Origin: Sedimentisphaerales bacterium
GTDB taxonomy: Bacteria > Planctomycetota > Phycisphaerae > Sedimentisphaerales > SM23-30
NCBI GenBank assembly: GCA_963666285.1
Contig: OY762711.1
DNA length: 64,000 nucleotides
Strand: one strand, 5' to 3'
Shown here: positions 1-9,522 of the stretch, in pieces
Position numbering within the stretch: position 1 is the first letter of the stretch
How the letters are laid out: each line of letters opens with the position of its first letter
Made by a program: the position numbers and the translations under genes
The notes under the pieces: model-generated
What the model was told of the DNA's origin: nothing
Databases searched by the model: none
The model's input: only the letters and a program-made list of their open reading frames with translations

Positions 1-873
1 GTATGTCTCCTTGTTGACCAGGGTTGAGATAGCCTGAACACTGGTTGGGTAACCCAGCTTAAGCGCTCGGAAAATCGGATCCATAGCATGACAGCCTATA
101 TCGCCCAGTGCGCCGGTACCGAAATCCCACCATCCCCTCCAGGAAAAAGGATGGTATGCCGGATGATATGCTCTGACCGGAGCCGGTCCGAGCCAGAGAT
201 CCCAATCGAGATTGTCAGGCACTGTCGGAGTATCGTGAGGGCGATCTATGCCCTGTCGCCAGTAGATATTGAATCTGCCGTTGTTTGGTCTGTCGGTCCA
301 GACATGCACTTCTCTAACCGGGCCTATAGCACCATCCCATATCATCTCCCGTAGACGTCGCGGCCCATCTTCGGCCTGGCCCTGGTTGCCCATCTGGGTA
401 GCAACCTTGTATTCCTTCGCAGCAGCAGTCAAAACCTGTGCTTCATGAATAGTATGAGTCAACGGCTTTTGAGTGTATACATGCTTCCCGCGGCGGATAG
501 CTTCAAGTGAAATAATCGCATGGTTATGGTCCGGAGTAGCGACGATGACGGCATCGATGTCTTTTTGCTCATCAAGCATAATACGGAAATCCTTGAAGCG
601 TTTGGCATTTGGATACCTGTTAAACGTGTGGGCCGCTTTGTTCCAATCGACATCGCAAAGAGCAACAATATTCTGCGAAGCCACACAATCTATATCTGAT
701 GATCCTTTTCCGCCAACACCGACACCTGCTATATTGAGCTTTTCGCTGGGCGGTGTGTTTTCCGGGCCGCCAAGTACATAGCTGGGTACAATAGTAAACG
801 CTGCGGCTGCCGAGGTTTTTTTAATGAACGAACGACGAGAAATGTTATTGTTTGACTTTGCTTTTAATGACAT
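1..873 (-). CDS. Gfo/Idh/MocA family oxidoreductase with Tat signal (partial, runs off window start; not in ORF track)
   Basis: Manual translation from ATG at 873: [19 protein letters not shown] (twin-arginine) ... [13 protein letters not shown] (Rossmann) ... IVALCDVD ... [12 protein letters not shown] ... VYTQKPL. Confidence 0.9.
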   Translation of the reverse strand, partial: MSLKAKSNNNISRRSFIKKTSAAAAFTIVPSYVLGGPENTPPSEKLNIAGVGVGGKGSSDIDCVASQNIVALCDVDWNKAAHTFNRYPNAKRFKDFRIMLDEQKDIDAVIVATPDHNHAIISLEAIRRGKHVYTQKPLTHTIHEAQVLTAAAKEYKVATQMGNQGQAEDGPRRLREMIWDGAIGPVREVHVWTDRPNNGRFNIYWRQGIDRPHDTPTVPDNLDWDLWLGPAPVRAYHPAYHPFSWRGWWDFGTGALGDIGCHAMDPIFRALKLGYPTSVQAISTLVNKETY

Positions 874-946
874 AAATTATGCTCCGGGAGTTATGCCTGG
901 TTAATAATGCTGATCGCTTATACCCAGTCAAATACAAAAAAATACT

Positions 947-2323
947 TTATTTCTTATTTCCATTCAAATCACCACTGGTGACAATATTTTCAATAATTGC
1001 CTTGTCGGAAATGTTATCCAGGCGGATCGGTAAATGACCGGCATTAGTGATAGTATTATTCCTGACAACACCATGAAAACCGTCCGAGGCGTAAATGCCA
1101 TCGCCGGGACTGTCAATAATGTTATTGTTTTCTATTATGTAAGGGCCGCCGATGAGACGTATGGCGGGATGTTCGAGAAAACCAGGTTCCAGTCCAAGCA
1201 TGCCTCCAGTTACAGAGCCACAGCGAACAATACGATTGTTGCGTACATAAAACCGCTCTACCGTGCCGGTATTAGGAACATCTTTGGCCTGACCATTTGG
1301 ATGAAGCCGCATAAGGCGAATCGCACCCCAGACATTCTGCAGATTACCAGCCCAGTTATCACCGGAATCTTCGATCAGGTTATTTTCATAATTAATATCG
1401 TGAACATTCATAGTCTGTGTGGCCCAGTGCTCAATACCACATTTCACATGATGAATATAGTTATTACGATAGGTAATATTATACTGCTCACCACTATCGC
1501 CCTGATTGGTAATACCAGTATCAAAATAGTGAGAAATCGTACAGCCTTCGACAAGCAGATCGTGCCCGCTGATCCAAAGCTCGATGGCATTCCCAAATCT
1601 AACCGGCTGATTTTCCCATATCCAGGCACCGCCGCCATGAGAAACGCTACAGTCTTTGATAGTAATAAAGCTAACAGCAGACATTGCGATTCCATGAGTA
1701 TTGGTGTATTTGACTGTAAGTCCTTTTATGATGTAATGATGAATCCCGCTAATCTGGATAGTATGCTGCCATTGTTTGCCTATGGGAATCTCAATCGATT
1801 TTGCCATATCAGCAGGATTTTTCTCGGCATAGACATAAACACATTTCTTATCCGGGTCAAACCAGAAATCCCAGTTGGCTTTTAGTAGCCCAACTGCGGT
1901 TTTCATTTCGGAGGCTTTATCATCATGCCACACAGTACCTACATCATAACCACCAATACTGCCGGGAGCGGTTTGCCAGATATTCTCAGCATACTTTTGC
2001 CATTGTTCGGAATTGCTAAAATTTCCCGAGCCGAAGATAGCGGGAATCTCATCTTTATAACTGGAAATTGTAATCCAGGCATTGTCCGTGCCTGAAACAG
2101 CCCCCCGTGATGTATCGATAATCTGGTTGGAACGATAAATACCGCCACGAACAAAAACAGTATCACCTGGGCTGAGTTTTGTAACGGCATGCGTCAGGCT
2201 CTGCCACGGTCTCTCGATTGTGCCGGGATTCTGGTCGTTGCCGGAAGGGGAAATATACCATTCAGCGGAAAATGCTGTCGAAACAATTATCAGAATCAAT
2301 GATATCGGGAAAATGTTTTTCAT
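947..2323 (-). CDS. Secreted right-handed parallel beta-helix protein (DUF1565/pectate-lyase-like)
   Basis: Signal peptide MKNIFPISLILIIVSTAFSA; WYISPSGNDQNPGTIERPW and PGDTVFVRGGIY N-terminal motifs; repeated beta-helix I/V-x-N-N-x-I segments; start moved to ATG 2323. Confidence 0.75.
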   Translation of the reverse strand: MKNIFPISLILIIVSTAFSAEWYISPSGNDQNPGTIERPWQSLTHAVTKLSPGDTVFVRGGIYRSNQIIDTSRGAVSGTDNAWITISSYKDEIPAIFGSGNFSNSEQWQKYAENIWQTAPGSIGGYDVGTVWHDDKASEMKTAVGLLKANWDFWFDPDKKCVYVYAEKNPADMAKSIEIPIGKQWQHTIQISGIHHYIIKGLTVKYTNTHGIAMSAVSFITIKDCSVSHGGGAWIWENQPVRFGNAIELWISGHDLLVEGCTISHYFDTGITNQGDSGEQYNITYRNNYIHHVKCGIEHWATQTMNVHDINYENNLIEDSGDNWAGNLQNVWGAIRLMRLHPNGQAKDVPNTGTVERFYVRNNRIVRCGSVTGGMLGLEPGFLEHPAIRLIGGPYIIENNNIIDSPGDGIYASDGFHGVVRNNTITNAGHLPIRLDNISDKAIIENIVTSGDLNGNKK

Positions 2324-2838
2324 TGTACCTCCATTAGCTGCGTAATTATCGACTTCCAAAGCCTAAGCATAAATTTTACCATAGTATGATAAAAACCACA
2401 ACAAAAAGAGTCCAATAACACAATAATTACAGGCTATTTTTTCCACAATCTGGACAGGTGTTAAACGAAAAGAGCCCTTTTCAATAGTAATAACATAGTC
2501 TGATAAATTAAAGAATAAAAATAGAAGTAAAACTCTAAAAACACAACTGAATTAAACAAAAGAATTAAACAATGATAACACTTGTCCCGAAAATAGAATA
2601 TGGGCGATACGATAAATCACGGAAGATATTATTAGAATAAATCCACATTATTTATATAAAAAGCTACAACAGCTAATATTGATTTATTTTATACTAATAT
2701 CTCCTGTACAAAATTGCTATTAACATCTGCTGTTATTATCAGCAGGTACGATATAGAAGAGTATCTCTAAAACGTAATTCACAGGATGATACAAATTCTT
2801 ATAATCCGGGTAAAAAAGTAATACTAAAAGGGATCGTT

Positions 2839-5295
2839 ATGGTATTTTTAATCCTTGCAAACAACCTGGCAATAATGTTTTTTATGGCATTTATCTATGG
2901 GTCAATGCTAAAGTGTGCAAAAAAAAGCAGACCATGCAAATTCTTGCTAGGAATTTCTTTAGGACTGGCAGCTATTGTCGCAATGCACAACAGCTACAAT
3001 ATCAAACCGGGTGTGTACTATGATTGCCGCACAGTAATAGTTCTTGTAAGCGCTATGTTTAGCGGACCGGTTGTTGCAATACCTGTCACAGCAATTTCCA
3101 TATGTTATCGTTTTTATCTAGGTGGTGCAGCTGCACTTTCCGGGGCTACTGCTATTTGTTCGGCAGCGATAACCGGAATTGTATATTATTATTGGCGTGC
3201 AAAAAAAACAGGACCCGAACGAATTCGACACTACTATATCGCCGGTTTAATCGCACATGTATTCCACGTATTAACAATTCTTATGATCCCTAAAGAGATA
3301 GTTTCAGACGTAATGAGAGATATCGCACCACCGGTTATGATTTTATACCCTTTGGCAACTGTGCTGATCTCGTTATTTATGAGAAGACAGGAGCAATTAT
3401 TAGAAACCCAGAACAGCCTGCATTGGCTGGCCAGTTTTCCATCAGAAAACCCTAATCCGGTTTTGCGAATCAATACAGACGGAACAATTGCCTATAACAA
3501 TACTTCCAGTGAACCGTTATTGAAAGAGTTGAATCTGGACAAAAACGGTAAAGTTACCGGTGAATGGCAAAACAAGATAAAAACCATATACGATTCCTGC
3601 AAGCCATCTTCAGAAGAAAAACACTTTAACGGAAAGCAATATCTGCTTAACATTCACCCGGTAATTAATAAAGGATACCTGAATATTTATGCAACAGATA
3701 TAACCAGCCACGTAAAAACAAAAGAGGCATTAAAGAAAAGTGAGGAAAATTTCCAGGAGCTGGTAGAGAATGCAAACAGCATAATTATCAGGTGGGACAG
3801 CAACGGCAAGTTTATATATATCAACCCTTACGCGATCAAACTCTTCGGATTCACTAAAGAGGAACTCATAGGGAATAATATTATCGGCACCATTGTCCCT
3901 GAAACCGACACATCTGGAGCGGAACTCAAAGACCTGTCAAACAATATCGTGGAAAACCCGGAAAAATATAAGACATTTGAAAACGAAAATATCTGCAAAG
4001 ATGGAAGCAGGCTGTGGGTACAATGGACTAATCATGCAATCGTTGATGATAATGGCAAAGTCAAAGAAATTATTGCAGTGGGCAACGACAGTACCGAAAA
4101 GAAAAACGCTGAAGAACTTATCATTAACTATAACAAAATTCTGGAAACTGAAGTTAAAAACAGAACAGAACAGCTGCAGAAACAGTCAGAGCAGCTACAG
4201 GAAAAAAACATAAAACTTAAAAATGAAATCAATGAAAGAGAAAACGCTGAGAAGATTCTTAAAGATGCGCAGTCTAAACTTATTGAGTCTGAAAAAATGG
4301 TATCAATCGGAAGACTTTCAGCCGGAATAGCTCATGAGCTTAACACCCCGCTTGGCGCGATAGGTTCCACCAATACTACATTACAAGATGGTTTTAACAA
4401 ACTAATCAGAAAATTTATGACCATCGAGGTAGATTTCGGCAAATACAAAAATCAGGTTGACGAAATCATCAATATGATATCAAAAAGCAACATAAAAGTG
4501 ATATCTTCCAGGGAACGCAGGGAGCTAAAAAAAGAGATCAAAAATGATTTATCTGAAAAAGATATCTATAACAGTCATGAGCTGGCAAATTTCCTGGTAG
4601 AAATTGGAATAACAGATAACTACAATAATTATATTGAAATGCTGACCTCAGAAAAGAGTCAAGATATAGTCATGTACATAAGTATGGTAAACAGCATCAT
4701 CCAGGGATTAACAGTCATTGACACCGCGGTAAAGCAATCATCCAGAATAGCGTACGCCCTACGCGAATATGCCCGTGACAGCGAAAACAAGCAAATTGAA
4801 ACAACAAACATAAGACAGACCCTGGAAACAGCTCTAATTTTATACGGCAATAAAATTAAACACGGCATAGAGCTTGTACTGACTTTGGATGATACCCCTA
4901 AAATACAATGCTATCCAAACGAACTTATACAAGTATGGGCAAATATGATACACAACGCAGACCAGGCTATGGAAGGCAAAGGAAGGCTGGAAATAAAGCT
5001 GACATGCGACGATAACGACATTATTGTTGAATTCAGAGATTCAGGCTGCGGGATACCAAAAGAAATTCAGAAAAAGATATTTGAGCCTCTCTTTACGACT
5101 AAACCAGTTGGCGTAGGAACCGGCCTCGGTCTTGACATATCACACAGAATTATTTGCAGACATCACGGCAATATCGAGGTTGAAAGCGAAGTGGGTAAAG
5201 GAACAGCCTTTATCATTAGAATTCCAATAGCACCAAATCTACCTAAAGATCTGCAGAAAAATGAAATAGAAGACTGCTTAATGATCAATAATTAG
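2839..5295 (+). CDS. Membrane sensor histidine kinase (5TMR-LYT/LytS-YhcK sensor, PAS, HisKA, HATPase)
   Basis: Hydrophobic N-terminus with GVYYDCR; PAS (ENENICKDGSRLWVQW); H-box AGIAHELNTPLG; N/G boxes NADQA, DSGCGI, FTTKPVGVGTGLGL. Confidence 0.9.
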   Translation: MVFLILANNLAIMFFMAFIYGSMLKCAKKSRPCKFLLGISLGLAAIVAMHNSYNIKPGVYYDCRTVIVLVSAMFSGPVVAIPVTAISICYRFYLGGAAALSGATAICSAAITGIVYYYWRAKKTGPERIRHYYIAGLIAHVFHVLTILMIPKEIVSDVMRDIAPPVMILYPLATVLISLFMRRQEQLLETQNSLHWLASFPSENPNPVLRINTDGTIAYNNTSSEPLLKELNLDKNGKVTGEWQNKIKTIYDSCKPSSEEKHFNGKQYLLNIHPVINKGYLNIYATDITSHVKTKEALKKSEENFQELVENANSIIIRWDSNGKFIYINPYAIKLFGFTKEELIGNNIIGTIVPETDTSGAELKDLSNNIVENPEKYKTFENENICKDGSRLWVQWTNHAIVDDNGKVKEIIAVGNDSTEKKNAEELIINYNKILETEVKNRTEQLQKQSEQLQEKNIKLKNEINERENAEKILKDAQSKLIESEKMVSIGRLSAGIAHELNTPLGAIGSTNTTLQDGFNKLIRKFMTIEVDFGKYKNQVDEIINMISKSNIKVISSRERRELKKEIKNDLSEKDIYNSHELANFLVEIGITDNYNNYIEMLTSEKSQDIVMYISMVNSIIQGLTVIDTAVKQSSRIAYALREYARDSENKQIETTNIRQTLETALILYGNKIKHGIELVLTLDDTPKIQCYPNELIQVWANMIHNADQAMEGKGRLEIKLTCDDNDIIVEFRDSGCGIPKEIQKKIFEPLFTTKPVGVGTGLGLDISHRIICRHHGNIEVESEVGKGTAFIIRIPIAPNLPKDLQKNEIEDCLMINN

Positions 5296-5337
5296 CTCGC
5301 CGGAATGCCAGAACATCCCGGCGAGTTAAAGTTTTTT
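5292..5337. terminator. Likely bidirectional intrinsic terminator between convergent genes
   Basis: TTAGCTCGCCGG ... CCGGCGAGTTAA inverted repeat followed by a T-run. Confidence 0.65.
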
Positions 5338-5338
5338 A

Positions 5339-8300
5339 TTAATCTTTCAAAGGTAACAATTCAGCTGCACGGATATACACCGGACCAATCAAGCCGGACG
5401 GAAGCAAAGGATCACCCTTTTTCCAATGTTTCCAGGTAAAGAATGTCTGACGCTGGGTTGGACGTGGCTCGTTATTCACAAACCAGTCTGGCCATTTGGC
5501 AAGAGACTTGCCCTGCCATTGGCAATCTTCAGGGTAAGCTTCATCGGCAATTATCCGGTTAACCCAAAGGTTGGTAACGCGAACTTCCAGTTTATTTCTG
5601 CCGGCACGTACAGCTTTACTGATATCTAACCGGTATGGATTTTTCCAGAGTATGCCAAGGTCCTTACCATTAACAAATACATGTGCCATAACCTCTACCC
5701 TGCCCAGATCCAGAGTTACCTGTTTGTCTGAAGCAAGTAAATCTTTGCTAATTTCAAAAGACGTACTGTATGTTGCGGTGCCGGAAAAACCATTTATTTC
5801 AGGGTCTGGTGAATCTGAAAGTGAAATGAGCTTTTTGAATAATGCTGCATTCGGCACAGATAGCTTGCTTTCGAAACTTACCGCCCATGGCCCGTTAATC
5901 TTTACCGGTTTCGGCACAGAATCAACATTTACAACAGACTCGCCACCTTCAGTCTTTTTCAAACGATAAGTTCCTTCATCCCAAACTTTCAGCTTAGCCG
6001 AGCCCTGAACCTGACACAGCTCAGCCGGCCATACAGAAGGAACCCACAAGTCAAATGGTATATTAAGCATTTGATTTTCATCAGCAAAAGTCACTTTTTC
6101 TACACCATCAAGTTTATACAGAACTCTAATATGTTTTGGAACATTAACAACAGGATCGCCGCCGGCAAGACTGTTTGTAATCCTGACACTTAGCACATCC
6201 TGTGATACTTGCGCAGCCAGTTTTTCAGTTACATCAACAGTTTTCAACTCCGGTATTTTAACTAAAACATCAGGAAGATCGCCATAGACAGCACGATTGA
6301 CAACCAGAGTTTTTCCGGCAGGTAAATCCTTGTCAGGCAAATAAAGTCTCTGGCTTTCATCAATTCTCTTAGAATACTTCTTGCCATCATATTCATACTC
6401 GACAAGCAGCTTCTTAACAACACCGTCAGCCGGATCACCTGCTAACTGATTACTGACAAGTGTAGATAACCTGCCATTAGCTACCAAAGCTTCCAATTCT
6501 TTTGTGACATCAACCATTTTACTGTGAGCCAGGTCAAACACACCATATTCAGCTTTGACAATCTCAAGTTTTATCGGCTTATCTGCGGATAAACCGGCAG
6601 GTGTACCTCCATCACGTTTCACTGATATATAATTACTTTGACCGGCCGGAGCAGGATCATTAAATACTACAAAAACAGATTCTGCCGGCTCTAAATTTAA
6701 TGTTACCTGTGTTCTCCCATCCCGCTGCTGCCACATAGATGCCGGTGAAATAACAGCACGTTGGGAATCCCAAAATTCGGGCTTTTTACCTGTAACATTG
6801 AAAACACAGGCTGCTGTTATTGAAGCATCCTGCTGATTGCTGACAAAATATACATCGACACCATCGATAACACGATGGATGAAATTCATATTCAGCCCGG
6901 AATCCAGAACTTCAAAGTCAGGCTTAATTCCTACATGGTCCAAGGCCTGCTGTAAAGAATATCCGGAGAGTAGACGACCACTTCCGAACCTGCTTTCCAT
7001 AGTTCCTGCCTGACCTGTCGGCCACAAACTTTTTGCAATAGTTTTCAGCTGATTCTGGCTTTCCGGGAAATCTGTCAGACTATTGGTATTCTGCGGACAA
7101 TTAGCCAGGATTGTCGCACCATCGGATAATAACTGTTTTATCTTTTTAGCAACCGGTAGACTCATTGTCTTTGTATCCGGCATAACCAGTATTGAATAAC
7201 TCATACCGCTTGGTAGAACCAGCCTGCCGTCAACCACAGACAAAGCTTCAATCAGATCTGTTCCGATGGCATCGTAATCATATCCCATCTGTTTGACATC
7301 TGGGCGATATACCGCACCGTTTGGCACATACTCGCCACCAAAGAATAATATATCCGCATGGAATTTACCGGCCTGCAGTAAATACTGACTTCTCGCTATA
7401 TAGTGCATCCATTCCCTGCCGTCATCCCACCAGGTATTGGTACGCTCGAAATGAGTGCCCCACTGCCCCATAGTCATGCCAGGCCATTTATCCAGCCATG
7501 GCTGATGAGCATAGCGATGGAAAATATATCTATTGATACCATTACACCATATCGAATCACCCAAAGTCTTCATAGAACGAGGATGATTCTGCCAACGTCC
7601 CTGATCCGGACCGGAAGTAAATGATTCAGCACCGACAATCTTCCTGCCGTAGACGTGGGCAACACTGGAAGCAATCCGCACCGAATGATTAATACCACCG
7701 CCAACCCAGAACTCACCCATAAGAATATCTGCCTTAGAAGCTATCGACATACATTCGAACGGACCATCATAAGGCTCAGTTGAACAGAGCAAACCCGCCT
7801 TATGACATTTCTCGGCAAAATAATTGAAGTAATTCTCAGTAAACATATCTGAAGTTGTTCGGCGAAAATCCCACAGAAAACGCTCTGAGATACCCAGATC
7901 ATCGATAACACGACCGGTTAATGCCGGCAGATATTTTTTCAAAGAATACCCGCGACGCTTTTCAAATTCTTTTTCAAAACCGGCCGTCCAGTTGTTCAGT
8001 CCTACCTCATAGCTGTCGATTAAAAGATTATTCATTGTCGGACCGGCCAAATCACCGAGTTTATCGAGAATAGGTTTAATACCGTATTTCCAGTGAACAT
8101 CCATCGCTGCCCTGCTAAGCTTATCACACTCCAGTCCGAGACCAGAATCGGGGGCAGGATGATTATCTTTACCGGTAATAGTATAACCAATCCGCAGAAC
8201 AGTCCACTTACCCGGAGGGCAATCCCATTTGAGCAACCCATTGCTATTCATCTTACCAGTAATATCGATAACACTGTCAGATTGGATAATTGCTTTTTGG

Positions 8301-8914
8301 GGAGCAGGTTCTTTTTCCAGGTCTATACCATAACGAGTCTGAAACACGGCTTTCACAGAAATATCAGGAATTCGATATTCATTATCATCCGGTGTGGGAA
8401 AAGCCAGTACACATATCGGCTTGTAGTAGCCTTTCACTTTTCCAGGTTCCGGCATTTGGACAGTTTTCAAGCCTGGCCCTGTCAATTCCAAATCGCTGTA
8501 TGTTACCTTTTTCATTGCATATTCAGGAGTAATCCAGGGTCCTCCACTGCTGGACCAGCCTGCACAATTATGCATACATATTTCTATGCCAAGCCTGTTT
8601 GCTTCCTTAACCGCATGTCGAACCAGGTCGAGCCATTGATCAGACATATAATCAGCCGGACCAACTGGAATATTAACCGAAGACCGATCACCAACATTGA
8701 AGATTTGAGCTCCGCCAATGCCAACATCTGCCATAGCTTCAAGATCAGCCGTAATACCCTCTTTGGTAACATTACCGTTCATCCAGTGCCACCAGGTATG
8801 CGGCCGTGACGAGAGAGGTGCTCCCAAAAAGTTTTCCCTATATTCTGAAATATCTGCAAACAAAAAGTTGGAAAGAAATAAAACAAATAGAAAAGCAAAT
8901 AACTTAATCCTCAT
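5339..8914 (-). CDS. GH106 family glycoside hydrolase (alpha-L-rhamnosidase-like) with two inserted lectin-like repeats
   Basis: Signal peptide; RPHTWWHWMNGNVTKEGITADLEAM, GWSSSGGPW, IDSYE, GAESFT; C-terminal GH2-type sugar-binding domain (LDLGRV..MA, NLWVNR, PSGLIGPV). Confidence 0.9.
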   Translation of the reverse strand: MRIKLFAFLFVLFLSNFLFADISEYRENFLGAPLSSRPHTWWHWMNGNVTKEGITADLEAMADVGIGGAQIFNVGDRSSVNIPVGPADYMSDQWLDLVRHAVKEANRLGIEICMHNCAGWSSSGGPWITPEYAMKKVTYSDLELTGPGLKTVQMPEPGKVKGYYKPICVLAFPTPDDNEYRIPDISVKAVFQTRYGIDLEKEPAPQKAIIQSDSVIDITGKMNSNGLLKWDCPPGKWTVLRIGYTITGKDNHPAPDSGLGLECDKLSRAAMDVHWKYGIKPILDKLGDLAGPTMNNLLIDSYEVGLNNWTAGFEKEFEKRRGYSLKKYLPALTGRVIDDLGISERFLWDFRRTTSDMFTENYFNYFAEKCHKAGLLCSTEPYDGPFECMSIASKADILMGEFWVGGGINHSVRIASSVAHVYGRKIVGAESFTSGPDQGRWQNHPRSMKTLGDSIWCNGINRYIFHRYAHQPWLDKWPGMTMGQWGTHFERTNTWWDDGREWMHYIARSQYLLQAGKFHADILFFGGEYVPNGAVYRPDVKQMGYDYDAIGTDLIEALSVVDGRLVLPSGMSYSILVMPDTKTMSLPVAKKIKQLLSDGATILANCPQNTNSLTDFPESQNQLKTIAKSLWPTGQAGTMESRFGSGRLLSGYSLQQALDHVGIKPDFEVLDSGLNMNFIHRVIDGVDVYFVSNQQDASITAACVFNVTGKKPEFWDSQRAVISPASMWQQRDGRTQVTLNLEPAESVFVVFNDPAPAGQSNYISVKRDGGTPAGLSADKPIKLEIVKAEYGVFDLAHSKMVDVTKELEALVANGRLSTLVSNQLAGDPADGVVKKLLVEYEYDGKKYSKRIDESQRLYLPDKDLPAGKTLVVNRAVYGDLPDVLVKIPELKTVDVTEKLAAQVSQDVLSVRITNSLAGGDPVVNVPKHIRVLYKLDGVEKVTFADENQMLNIPFDLWVPSVWPAELCQVQGSAKLKVWDEGTYRLKKTEGGESVVNVDSVPKPVKINGPWAVSFESKLSVPNAALFKKLISLSDSPDPEINGFSGTATYSTSFEISKDLLASDKQVTLDLGRVEVMAHVFVNGKDLGILWKNPYRLDISKAVRAGRNKLEVRVTNLWVNRIIADEAYPEDCQWQGKSLAKWPDWFVNNEPRPTQRQTFFTWKHWKKGDPLLPSGLIGPVYIRAAELLPLKD

Positions 8915-9297
8915 GACAATACTTCCTGTGTAGAATGTTACAAGTTAAAATAGAATACAAGAATAGCTATGGTTATAAGATATTCAGCAATAATTGCAAA
9001 TTAAAAATACAAATATTACCCGGTAAAAAACAAATTCCACAGAAAATGAAAAGATATGCAAAAAAACTTGCACAAATTATTAAATTGGTAATACCAAACC
9101 ATGGTAATTAATAATCTTTATTGACAACAATGCACAATCGAGATAGTATAATTCTTATTACAGAGTTGGAGACACACCTGAGTTGGTTAGTTCTACAGAA
9201 TTACATTTTTTCTGAGTATAGTAGAGTTTCTGTATACAATAACGTTTTTTACAAACGCATTAAAAAGCTGTCCATAACAAATAGAATAATGTAAAAC

Positions 9298-9491
9298 AGT
9301 GCGGTTTATGCTTAGCATCACATACATGGCACACTTTTGACTATTCAACATTATACGCAAAGGCCGGAACAGGGCAAATTAAGTAAAAAACGAAGGTGTT
9401 CGGCTATCGTCTCACGCTTTGTTTAAAACATAAGTGTTGCAGGAAGTCCCTTTTAGGCAATTGTTTCAACTTAAAAACTGCGAAAGCAAAC
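9298..9491 (+). repeat. Dispersed ~200-bp intergenic repeat, family 1, copy A
   Basis: Aligns along its length with 49096-49302 (+) and 34821-35007 (-); 9404-9446 is identical to the reverse complement of 34866-34908. Confidence 0.9.
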
Positions 9492-9522
9492 CCAAACAAG
9501 TTATATCAACAAAATAAATTGG

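Noticed and set aside
1034..1885. Long antisense or alternative-frame ORFs (also 8093-8809, 19982-20566, 29870-30454, 35445-36173 and many shorter ones)
   Set aside because: They overlap well-supported genes and show no recognisable motifs; treated as shadow ORFs.
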